Below, piece after piece: positions 1 to 8,976 of a stretch of 64,000 nucleotides of DNA. The notes beneath the pieces were generated by a model. The model was not told the DNA's origin, made no database searches, and worked only from the letters and a program-made list of their open reading frames with translations. The DNA comes from a bacterium. GTDB taxonomy: Bacteria > Electryoneota > JAOADG01. How positions within the stretch are numbered: position 1 is the stretch's first letter; every line of letters starts with the position of its first letter. Location: positions 3,456,001 to 3,520,000 of the forward strand of contig OY820579.1 of assembly GCA_963681965.1 (NCBI GenBank), in the 5' to 3' direction. The translations under genes and the position numbers were made by a program.

Positions 1-1760
1 CTGCCACCCAAATACGTACTACACAATAGAGATGAACCAGTAGAATTTAGATGTGACAAAAAGCAATCATTCGTACCGCCTCCGTACGTTCGTTGATAAG
101 CTCCGTTGGTGGTAGGAAAATTAGAACTGTTTGTGTTACCTGCTACAAAAACGCCACCAGATCTGTCTCTGCAGATTCCATTTCCAACATCATAATTGTT
201 GCCTCCCAAATATGTACTATATAACAATGAAGAACTCGTACTATCTAAATGGACAACAAAACAATCTACATTACCACCGTTATAGGATCGCTGATAGGCT
301 CCTGAGGTAGTTAATAAATCTGAACTTGCTGTACCTCCAGTAATGAAAATTCCACCTGAACTATCGGAACAAATTCCGGTGCCCCAATCACCACCGTTGC
401 CACCAAAAAATGTACTATACAGCAATGAAGAACCAGAATAATTTAAGCGAGTTATAAAGCAATCACTAGAATACCGATGAGTACTTTGAAGCGCTGTAGC
501 GGTTGTAGGATAGTCTGTACTATAGGTGGAACCAGTTATACAAATACTATAAGCACTGTCCAAACAAACAGCATAACAATTTTCGTCATTTACACCTCCC
601 AGATACGTACTAAACAGCACTGATGAACCTGAATTATTCAAATGAGTAATTAAGCAGTCAAGATGTCCTACATTGGATGTTTGATATGCACCAGTGGAAA
701 CCGGGTAGTTTGTACTATGAGTATATCCCACAACGATAGCTCCACCCGTACTATCGGAACAGACTGCTCTACATCTTTCATCAACACCATCCCCACTCCC
801 CCCCAAATACGTGCTATACACGAGCGGATCGATATAGAGTTGTTTCGAGTGGTCGTAGCCTTGCGGGAAGGTGAAGCCGTATTGGTCGGTGCCATAAAGG
901 ACATATTCGGCCGAAACCGGGACACGCTTGCCGCCGATCATCTGATAGCAGCCGGGGATCGTCTCTTTCAGATTGCCCAGCGACGTGGGTAGCACAATTT
1001 CATTCCGATCGATCGCTAATTTTCCGCTCAATCCTTCCACCTGCCAGCGGATTTGCCCGGCATCGGCACCGGGAGCAACGAACAGGTCGTACTTGACTTG
1101 ATTCTTGAATTCATGATAGACGATGTCGACGCCTTGCCAGACATTTTTGTAGGTGAGGTTGGTGTAGTTCTTGCAGTCCGGTGCCCATTTGCTGCTGTCG
1201 TTTCCGAGAAAGTAGTTGCTGTTCCACGAGAGTGGGTCGGAGGCGAAGATCGCTGCTGTGATCCGTGGGTCGGGCACTCTTGCCCGACTCAGTGAACCCG
1301 ATAAGGAATTGACGGGCAAGAGTGCCCGTCCCACGGAAGAGGGGACAAATCGCCATTTGAGGGCGTGGCTCTTCAGGGGGTAGCGTTGCGGGCGACCTTT
1401 GTGCAGCGGATCGCCAAAAGAGGCGGGCGTATTGCCATACGCCCCTACGGACGGATCCGCGAGCGGTTTCTGGGTGCTGTCCGGTGTTGTGACGACCAGC
1501 GATAAACCATCGTTCTCAAAGAACCAAGTCAGACCGTTGCGCCCTTCCGCCTTGTATTTGACGCGCGCATCCCACTGACCCTTGTTCTCGGTAAAGGCGA
1601 GCGGTTTATCGCTGGATCGGAATAGCGTCTCTACTTGTTTTCGAGCGGCAATTTCGTTTGCCACACTCCAGGCTGAAATACCCAGCAATAGTAACAAAAT
1701 GGCGGGAAGAATTTGTGATATTTTTCTCTTGACTAAATAGGATCGTGTGACACGATTCAT
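1..1760 (-). CDS. SBBP (seven-bladed beta-propeller) repeat secreted protein with FTENKGQWD-type N-terminal domain; 3' end runs off the window
   Basis: Manual translation from ATG at 1760 (MNRVTRSYLVKRKISQILPAILLLLLGISAWSVA...) is open to position 1, so it is absent from the ORF track (no stop). Motifs FTENKGQWD, SNYFLGNDSSKW, YKNVWQGVD, IDPLVYSTYLGG and repeated (Y/F)STYLGG..D blades. Paralog of 44861..47602. Confidence 0.9.
   Translation of the reverse strand, partial: MNRVTRSYLVKRKISQILPAILLLLLGISAWSVANEIAARKQVETLFRSSDKPLAFTENKGQWDARVKYKAEGRNGLTWFFENDGLSLVVTTPDSTQKPLADPSVGAYGNTPASFGDPLHKGRPQRYPLKSHALKWRFVPSSVGRALLPVNSLSGSLSRARVPDPRITAAIFASDPLSWNSNYFLGNDSSKWAPDCKNYTNLTYKNVWQGVDIVYHEFKNQVKYDLFVAPGADAGQIRWQVEGLSGKLAIDRNEIVLPTSLGNLKETIPGCYQMIGGKRVPVSAEYVLYGTDQYGFTFPQGYDHSKQLYIDPLVYSTYLGGSGDGVDERCRAVCSDSTGGAIVVGYTHSTNYPVSTGAYQTSNVGHLDCLITHLNNSGSSVLFSTYLGGVNDENCYAVCLDSAYSICITGSTYSTDYPTTATALQSTHRYSSDCFITRLNYSGSSLLYSTFFGGNGGDWGTGICSDSSGGIFITGGTASSDLLTTSGAYQRSYNGGNVDCFVVHLDSTSSSLLYSTYLGGNNYDVGNGICRDRSGGVFVAGNTNSSNFPTTNGAYQRTYGGGTNDCFLSHLNSTGSSLLCSTYLGG
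1263..1336. repeat. Inverted REP doublet (REPIN-like) inside the SBBP coding sequence
   Basis: CCGTGGGTCGGGCACTCTTGCCCGAC (1263-1288) and its near reverse complement GACGGGCAAGAGTGCCCGTCCCACGG (1311-1336); read in frame as SVGRALLPVNSLSGSLSRARVPDPR. Confidence 0.85.
1425..1448 (-). repeat. GTAG-type REP inside the SBBP coding sequence
   Basis: Minus strand GTAG-GGGCGTAT-GGCA-ATACGCCC, perfect 8-bp stem; read as VGAYGNTP. Confidence 0.8.
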
Positions 1761-1865
1761 GGAGCGCTCCCGATGGCTGAGAATTTTTTTTATCATTGCG
1801 AAAAAGTGATTGCAGAATTTGAAACGATACTATCGCAACAACAGATAAGGATGAAAAAAAATGAA

Positions 1866-1991
1866 AGATTGCCACGTCAGGTGCTTCGCACCTTCCTCGC
1901 AATGACAGACGGGCGGGCGCGGAGACCCGACCCTACTATAGATCAAGAAACAGATCTGGATACACGGGCGGGCGCGGGGACCCGACCCTTC
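1866..1991. repeat. Intergenic palindrome cluster A
   Basis: 42-bp AGATTGCCACGTCAGGTGCTTCGCACCTTCCTCGCAATGACA (identical copy at 47877-47918), followed by two GGGCGGGCGCGG(A/G)GACCCGACCCT(A/T)C REPs (1911-1936, 1966-1991). Confidence 0.85.
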
Positions 1992-2165
1992 TAAAGATCA
2001 AAAAGATCAACTACACCGATAATCGATAAAATACAAAATATCCGCATAAAGTGCATTGTTTCCGCGCACTATTTCATTGTTAACCAGATCATATCCCAGA
2101 TCGGGTCAGTACGCGATCCTATTGCAATATCGGAACTACTCACTTTTTGCGAACATTCCCTGCAC

Positions 2166-5100
2166 TTACTTTTTCAGAAAACGCATTCCCCGAACCGGAC
2201 GCGCCATCGTTGCCTTCACATCGATCGGATCCAATACCGGACTGGACGACGACGATGCATCGTTGAGATATGCCTGCACCCGATAGTAGCGGTTTGTCGA
2301 CGGGAGTGCGTTGATGGCGGTATACGTCGTCGAAGTCGCTCCAATCACTGTTGCCAACAGCGACCACGCGGTATCCGGATACGCCGTCGACCGCGCCGCA
2401 TAAATCTTGTAGCCCGTCACAGTCACTGGACGATTCAGCGTACTGGAATCGACCCGCGACCAAGTGAGTACTATATTGTTGCCCGATTGGGTTCCAACCA
2501 GATTGCGCGGTGCTTTCGGGGTCTGCCCAATGGTGAAGCTGTTATCCGACCAATCCTCGAGCAGCCCATTGTAATCGACGATGAAAATCCTCGCATCGGT
2601 AGTACCCGGTCCGGTCGGCGTCCAAACTACGTATCCCGGTGCCGCCGGGATGTTGTCGAAGAGAATTTCCAGATTTTCATAATCGATACCAGAGCGACTC
2701 ACGGCTACGACGAGCGATGAAAATCCCACCTGATTCCAGCGGATTGTATCCGGAATTCCCGGCGTAAGTACTTCGCCGCCATTCGGTCGCAACAGCGTCA
2801 AAACCGGATTGACGGTGTACTCGTCGGCACCGATTTCCGGCAAAGTGCTGTTACGCGACTCGCCGTCGATATCGGTTGTCACATACGATACCGGCATTCC
2901 CGTCTGATACACCGGCGCGTACAACATCGGTTGGATATGCAGATTGCTAGCCGGATTGATGAATGATGGATCACCACTGCGCGAATTCGCATCGGGGTAT
3001 CCGGGTGACATCTGCCAATCGGCGAGCAGCGCGTAGTTTGAAGCAGTCGATACGTAATATTCGCCGACAAAACCGTTGCCAGTGAACGGTACGTAGAAAC
3101 AGTTGCGATCCGAATAAAGCGAAGTTGTACCGAAATTGGCGATTGCGTAGTGATAAGCGCCAGTCGATTGATCTGCGGTCATATTCGCGAGAATGTTGTT
3201 CCGCAACGTGTCAATTCCGCCATATAGGAACAGCGCCGTAGATGTAGCAAGTAAGCCGTAGTCGGTACCCTGATCGATCGAAATCGTGTTGTTGTCGAAA
3301 TTGCAATTTCCACCGAAACTCGAGATACCACGGACATAGAAATTACTCGAAGCCACGACACCGGTCGCAGTCGACCGCAAGCCCCAAATCATGTTGTTGT
3401 GGCATTTCAACGAAGAACCATTCAGTGAATAGAACAGCATTCCGGTTGTGTAGTAGAAATCGGCATTACCGATTGTATTCTCGATGTTATAGATCCGATT
3501 GTTGTAAATCCGAAAGGTATTCGCGGTTGTCGTCGAGTCTTCGATTTCGATGCCGAGTGAATTGTTGGCAAAAGCCGGTAACGCTTTGATGTTGGTGATG
3601 TCGATATCGTGGATCGATAAATTCGTCATATTGACCGCATAGATCCCCGTACCGGTGATTGTATCGTTTGCCAAGGCTCCGATCGTGAACCGATTCGAGT
3701 TGCTCACTCCAGTCGTCGTGCTGCCAATTTCAACTCCGACATCCGAAAATGCACCACTATAAGCAAACAACAATACCCCTTGATACACTTTCGAGATTTT
3801 CAGATTGAGGAATTTATTGTAGCTGTTTGTTCCCGCCAGTGACGTTGGTAGGGCATTCGCGTTGAAGTATTGTTGGATACCGCGCGAAACAAAGTCTTTC
3901 CGCAAGGTGATCGAACAATTCTTGATAGTATTGTACTGAGCGCCTTGCGTCGAGGAATAATTCGTGAGGTAGTATCCGCGCCGGATGTAGTTACTGGCAC
4001 CGCTGCTGGTATCGACGACATTGATTCCATCGAACGTAACAAAGGAACTACCGGTCAATGAGATTGCACTCTGTCCGACACCATTCACCGGCGGCATCAA
4101 CGTAACCGTACCACTCTGCTTTTGGAAGATGACTTGATTCGTCGTACTGACACCGGGAATCGGATTTAGCGCGATGAATTCGTTATAGGTTCCGGAACGT
4201 ACGTTAAATGTCACTCCTCCGGTACCGACACCCGAAGCCGACAATGCCAAAATAGCATCGGCGAATGTTGCATAATTGGGACTGGTTCCACCGATCGTCT
4301 TCGTTCCAGTCAGCGGAGTTCCACCGATAATGAAATTCGCATTGCTGGTATCGCCTACCGTGGGAAGCGTCACACTAATCAACCGGATGCGAATATTCGA
4401 TCCTTGTTGACCACTCGCTGGTGTCCAGATCAGTCGATTCGCCGATAAATTCACTGGCGATCCGGTAATGATTGTCCAAGTTCCGCTGGGATAATTTGTA
4501 TTGATCTGTACATTGACGGTACCGGTTACATTCTGATAAGTCCAGCAAATCGAATCGGCAACTCCGACGCGCAACAATTCGTATCCATTCGGTCTGGTCA
4601 TCGTAATCAGCGGTGGATAATACGTAAACTCATCCGCACCTATATCGGGTGTAGTAGCGCTGCGCGCTTCGCCATCGATATCGGTAGCAACCGCGGTAAT
4701 CGGGGCACCGGTATTGCTTGCAGGCGAATTGGCATAGGATGGTATATGCAGATTGCTAATACTACTCGTGAAGAGCGGATCGCCAGTTACCGAACTCAAA
4801 TCACCACCGGTTGCAGACTGCCAATCGGTAATCGATGTACAGAGCGAACTAGTCGCGTTGGAATAACCCACCGCACCATTGGTAATGTTCGGAAGATAGA
4901 AGCAATTGTTATCGGAAAAGAGCGTCGTGGTACCGAAATCGCAGATTGAAAGATGATAAGAATCGGTCTGGTTGGCAGTGTAATTTGCCATGATATTATT
5001 GATAAGGGTATCGGCGCCGGAATTGATTTGAATGCAAGTAGAAGTAGCCAGTAATCCGCTATCGGTACCTTGATCCAATGAGATCGAATTGTGAACGATA

Positions 5101-8100
5101 CTACTGTTGCATGAAGTATAAATCCCGATGAGGTAAATAGTACCGCTACCAGTCGCTGAAGTTGCAGTCGTGCGCAGGTTCCAGAGCATATTGTTGTAGA
5201 TATTCGTTTGAGTAGTCTGGTAACGCGTTACATAAATTCCATAAGTGCTGTAGAATGTCGTTGTACCGGAGAGATTCACGATGTTCGAGATTCGGTTGTT
5301 ACTGATCCGAACCGTTCCGCCCGTGATTAACGTATCGTAGATACTAATACCATATGCATCACCCGCTTGTGCCGGGAGTTGGTAGATATTTTTAATATCG
5401 AGATCGTGAATCGACAGATCGGCTAAATGGTACGAGGAAATGCCCGTCGAAGTGATCGTATCAGTTGCCAAAGCACCGATCACCATACGATTGGTATCGG
5501 ACAAACTGGTCGAAGTACTGCCAATCTCCGTGCCGATATCGCAATAAGTACCGCTATTTGAGAACAGCAATAGTCCCTGATAGACCTTCGAAATTTTCAA
5601 ATTGAGATATTTGTTGTAACTATTCGTTCCGGACATTGCCGTGGGCACTGCCGACGCATTGTAATACTGCTGAATACCGCGCGAAATAAAATCTTTCCGC
5701 AACGTAATCGAGCAATTCTTGATCGTGTTGTTTTGCGCGCCTTGTGTGGAAGTCGCATTCGTCAAGTAGTAACCGCGCCGGATATAATTCGTTGCACTAC
5801 GACTGGAATCGAGCACATTGATACCGTCGAATGTCACGAAACTGGCACCATTCAGAACAATTGCACTCTGTGCCGCGCCACTCACCGGCGGCATCACCGT
5901 AACCGTTCCGCTCTGCTTCTGGAAAACAATCGGGTTGGTCGCGCTGGCACCGTAAATCGCATTCACCGAAATGAATTCGTTATAGGTTCCGGTACGGATA
6001 TTGAAGGTAACACCGCCGGAACCGACACCACGCGAACCTAACGCCGAAATCGCCGCTGCAAACGTTGCATAATCGGGACTACTACCACCAATTGTTTTTG
6101 TCCCAACCAGTGGATCGATGATCGTGAAATTCGCATTCGCTTCGTCATTTACAGACGGTGTCATAGACAATGATCGTACTCGAACCCGCGCGGATGCACT
6201 AGCTGGACTCGTCACCGTCCATGGTTCGGTACCGTCGTTGGCGGTATTCGCCGCAATCGTTTCCCAAGTACCGCTCGGATATGAACGATTAATTTCGATC
6301 GCGACATTCCCAGTGATCAATTGCGACGACCAGAGAATATTCAGCGAGTTCCCGACTACGTAGGTCTCACCGCCATTGGGTGAAAGCATCGTCAGGATTG
6401 GGGTCGATCCCGACACCGAAACTGAATCGAGATATAGATTGTCGCCGTAGGCATTGTACCCGACGAAAGCAAATTGCACATTGCTAGTCTGGTATGCGCT
6501 GGGAATCGAAATAGTGTTACGTCGCCAAGCGATCGGATCGCGACCGGTGCGATTCGACAATGGCGCTCCACCCTGTCGCCAGAGTGAATTCCAACTTCCA
6601 TTGGCATATCGACCGAGAACAATGAGCGAATCGTACGATGTACTGTATAAAGCATAACTGGTGCTAAAACCTAGACTGATTGCAGCTTGACCGGTCAAGT
6701 CCAGCATCGGAGTCAGCAGTGAATCGCGCGAACCCGGTGAATTTACCGAGTAATAATTCAACCGCAACGAGTTATTGCCATTGTAACTGTATTGTGCCCA
6801 AATTCCGGCATTCCGCCAGCCGAACGGAACGAAAGTGTCAAAATATTCCGCGATCGTGCTGCGCATCGAGACGATCGTAAAATTCGCTTCAGAAGTATCT
6901 CCTTGCGCTAGATTTGCAGCATTCAGTACCCTGATCCGTGCGGTAGAAGTTGCCGTTCCGGTAACGGTCCATGTTTCGGAATTATCGTTAGTAGTCGACG
7001 AGTAAAGCGTCTCCCATGTTCCCGAAGGATAGTTGCGATTGAGGTCGATCCGCACATTCGTCACGCCAGCCGGAGAAGACCACTGGAACAACATCGGATC
7101 GCCCGCATAGACCCGCTCACCACCATTCGGCGAGACTGCCCAGCCCGACATAATCTCGAGATTCGCTGTCATCGAGGTGCTGGAATTGCCGATATTCCAA
7201 ATGCTCACATTGGTTGCGGTCCCGGAATAGTTGGCACTGCCGGGAGTACTGGTGTTATTAAATGCGCGGTTGGATGTGCTACCGGGATAGGAATCGCCGG
7301 CGTCGCCACGTATTGTTGTACTCTCCAATCCGTATAATCCGTCAGCTTGTTCCAAAGCGACTTTGTAATGTCCACTAGTGGTATGACCCGGATACCACTC
7401 ACTCGCATTCGTCGATTGACTGTCGTCGACATGATAGATTAACAACCCGTTTCCCGGTAGCGCAGCATCGTAGCTGATCGCTTGCCGGTTTTCCACCAGA
7501 AAATATTCACTCCCGCTGGTACTGCCCGATGTCCACATGCGGTAAATGAATGGGGTTGTGGCAACTGCTGGAATCGATGCGGCGATCGTATTGGTCGTTA
7601 AATTCGTCGCCGTAGCAAATCCCATATGGATTCGCGACCATGCATCGGGTGCCGATGGTGAACTGCCCGTGGTGCCATTCCAACTACCTCCCGCCATCAG
7701 CGACCAGTTGCCCAATCCTTCCGATGAATTGTCGGTATCGTAGAGATCTGGTAAACCGAAAATCGCATGACCCATTTCGTGGCAGTAGACACCGCATGTC
7801 ATCGGCAATGTAGTCGACCAATATTCCGGTTCGACCGAATATCTACGGAGATATTTACCATCGAGGTAGGGAACGTTGTATGTCGACCATGCATGCGACC
7901 AAATCTGCGTTGTATCGCCACCGTATTCTGCCCCACCACCGGCATGAACCACCATCAATCCTTCGGCATACCCATCGTTGTTCCAATCGTACTGCGCGTA
8001 ATTCACCAAACTGTTCGCCGCATTTACCGCATCTTCCACCATTTTCTGTGAATTATTTGGATATGCACCTCGCCCTTGCTGACTACCACGGTAGTAAGCA

Positions 8101-8501
8101 TACGTCTGCGGCATTCGCAGCCAACCGATCGTCGTACAATAGTTGTATGTTGTGATGTGGTATTCGCCATAGGACATTGTGTTGTAATAATTGTTCACCG
8201 TCCCCATCGCCTGACCGTAGAGCAAAGAATCGTATGACGATGCTGCCGTAATCGCGGGTTGATCGGTAAAGTCGACCAGTAACACCAATATGTGATAATT
8301 CGTTTCGTCGGTTGATGATGTATTAATCGCCCGTTCGAATCCATTCGTTTCCAAATCGGTGGGGTGCGTCATCGGGTAGAGTGGCGCAATTTCACCGCGA
8401 TGAATCCGATCCAGTAAATACGGACTAGGTGGCATTGCGAAAATTGCTGAACAACAACCCAATAACAGTAACGACAGAATTGTGATTCGAAATTGGAACA
8501 T
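2166..8501 (-). CDS. M6 (immune inhibitor A-like) metalloprotease with Ig-like repeats, a duplicated beta-helix module and a C-terminal FN3-like domain
   Basis: Signal peptide; LVLLVDFTD, HEMGHAIFGLPDLY, SLMAGGSW and YFLVENRQ M6 motifs; four (S/R)PNG(G/Y)E Ig-like repeats; two ~490-aa repeats ending (D/E)IGADE(F/Y). Confidence 0.92.
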   Translation of the reverse strand: MFQFRITILSLLLLGCCSAIFAMPPSPYLLDRIHRGEIAPLYPMTHPTDLETNGFERAINTSSTDETNYHILVLLVDFTDQPAITAASSYDSLLYGQAMGTVNNYYNTMSYGEYHITTYNYCTTIGWLRMPQTYAYYRGSQQGRGAYPNNSQKMVEDAVNAANSLVNYAQYDWNNDGYAEGLMVVHAGGGAEYGGDTTQIWSHAWSTYNVPYLDGKYLRRYSVEPEYWSTTLPMTCGVYCHEMGHAIFGLPDLYDTDNSSEGLGNWSLMAGGSWNGTTGSSPSAPDAWSRIHMGFATATNLTTNTIAASIPAVATTPFIYRMWTSGSTSGSEYFLVENRQAISYDAALPGNGLLIYHVDDSQSTNASEWYPGHTTSGHYKVALEQADGLYGLESTTIRGDAGDSYPGSTSNRAFNNTSTPGSANYSGTATNVSIWNIGNSSTSMTANLEIMSGWAVSPNGGERVYAGDPMLFQWSSPAGVTNVRIDLNRNYPSGTWETLYSSTTNDNSETWTVTGTATSTARIRVLNAANLAQGDTSEANFTIVSMRSTIAEYFDTFVPFGWRNAGIWAQYSYNGNNSLRLNYYSVNSPGSRDSLLTPMLDLTGQAAISLGFSTSYALYSTSYDSLIVLGRYANGSWNSLWRQGGAPLSNRTGRDPIAWRRNTISIPSAYQTSNVQFAFVGYNAYGDNLYLDSVSVSGSTPILTMLSPNGGETYVVGNSLNILWSSQLITGNVAIEINRSYPSGTWETIAANTANDGTEPWTVTSPASASARVRVRSLSMTPSVNDEANANFTIIDPLVGTKTIGGSSPDYATFAAAISALGSRGVGSGGVTFNIRTGTYNEFISVNAIYGASATNPIVFQKQSGTVTVMPPVSGAAQSAIVLNGASFVTFDGINVLDSSRSATNYIRRGYYLTNATSTQGAQNNTIKNCSITLRKDFISRGIQQYYNASAVPTAMSGTNSYNKYLNLKISKVYQGLLLFSNSGTYCDIGTEIGSTSTSLSDTNRMVIGALATDTITSTGISSYHLADLSIHDLDIKNIYQLPAQAGDAYGISIYDTLITGGTVRISNNRISNIVNLSGTTTFYSTYGIYVTRYQTTQTNIYNNMLWNLRTTATSATGSGTIYLIGIYTSCNSSIVHNSISLDQGTDSGLLATSTCIQINSGADTLINNIMANYTANQTDSYHLSICDFGTTTLFSDNNCFYLPNITNGAVGYSNATSSLCTSITDWQSATGGDLSSVTGDPLFTSSISNLHIPSYANSPASNTGAPITAVATDIDGEARSATTPDIGADEFTYYPPLITMTRPNGYELLRVGVADSICWTYQNVTGTVNVQINTNYPSGTWTIITGSPVNLSANRLIWTPASGQQGSNIRIRLISVTLPTVGDTSNANFIIGGTPLTGTKTIGGTSPNYATFADAILALSASGVGTGGVTFNVRSGTYNEFIALNPIPGVSTTNQVIFQKQSGTVTLMPPVNGVGQSAISLTGSSFVTFDGINVVDTSSGASNYIRRGYYLTNYSSTQGAQYNTIKNCSITLRKDFVSRGIQQYFNANALPTSLAGTNSYNKFLNLKISKVYQGVLLFAYSGAFSDVGVEIGSTTTGVSNSNRFTIGALANDTITGTGIYAVNMTNLSIHDIDITNIKALPAFANNSLGIEIEDSTTTANTFRIYNNRIYNIENTIGNADFYYTTGMLFYSLNGSSLKCHNNMIWGLRSTATGVVASSNFYVRGISSFGGNCNFDNNTISIDQGTDYGLLATSTALFLYGGIDTLRNNILANMTADQSTGAYHYAIANFGTTSLYSDRNCFYVPFTGNGFVGEYYVSTASNYALLADWQMSPGYPDANSRSGDPSFINPASNLHIQPMLYAPVYQTGMPVSYVTTDIDGESRNSTLPEIGADEYTVNPVLTLLRPNGGEVLTPGIPDTIRWNQVGFSSLVVAVSRSGIDYENLEILFDNIPAAPGYVVWTPTGPGTTDARIFIVDYNGLLEDWSDNSFTIGQTPKAPRNLVGTQSGNNIVLTWSRVDSSTLNRPVTVTGYKIYAARSTAYPDTAWSLLATVIGATSTTYTAINALPSTNRYYRVQAYLNDASSSSSPVLDPIDVKATMARPVRGMRFLKK

Positions 8502-8910
8502 GAGAATCTCCGGGACAACGTTTCGGTAACAGACTTTGAAAATAAAAAAAGGTTAGTACATATTCGGACTGTTATAGCAGAGCGATCAGACACGATCATA
8601 GATGCAGGGATGCATTGTTCGCTCGTTCAGACGGGTACTGAATATATAATCTTAAAAATTTAGCGGTCGATCCCTCCAAATACAAGAATAATTCAGTAAT
8701 AATAAATATTTCCGAATGATTCCTTGTCGCAATTCGATTTCACAACAATTTTACAGCGATCGAATTTAATCATTTGTCACTTCAGTTGTTACAGTTCACA
8801 GCGAGAATAATTTGAAAATTGATGTGATACCGGTTGCATCCAAATGTTCTATAGCATTTGTCGGTTACTTCAAATCTCTATTCTAGTGAGGTTATTGCGC
8901 CACGATTGTG

Positions 8911-8947
8911 AAAAAAATGCTCGCCTCCACAATCGAAGGCGAGCATT
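8911..8947 (-). terminator. Rho-independent terminator of the S8 gene
   Basis: AATGCTCGCCT...AGGCGAGCATT stem with an A-run at 8911-8917 (U-tract on the minus strand), 30 bp after the stop. Confidence 0.75.
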
Positions 8948-8976
8948 CACTGCTAGATAGATAGGTTGTAAATGGT

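Noticed and set aside
791-810. Frameshift at the C7 run in the first SBBP gene
   Set aside because: Manual translation (TAT TTG GGG GGG AGT) stays in frame; the gene is missing from the ORF track only because it has no stop in the window.
2818-6104. Diversity-generating retroelement TR/VR pair
   Set aside because: Both copies are long in-frame domains, differences do not look adenine-specific, and no reverse transcriptase is present.
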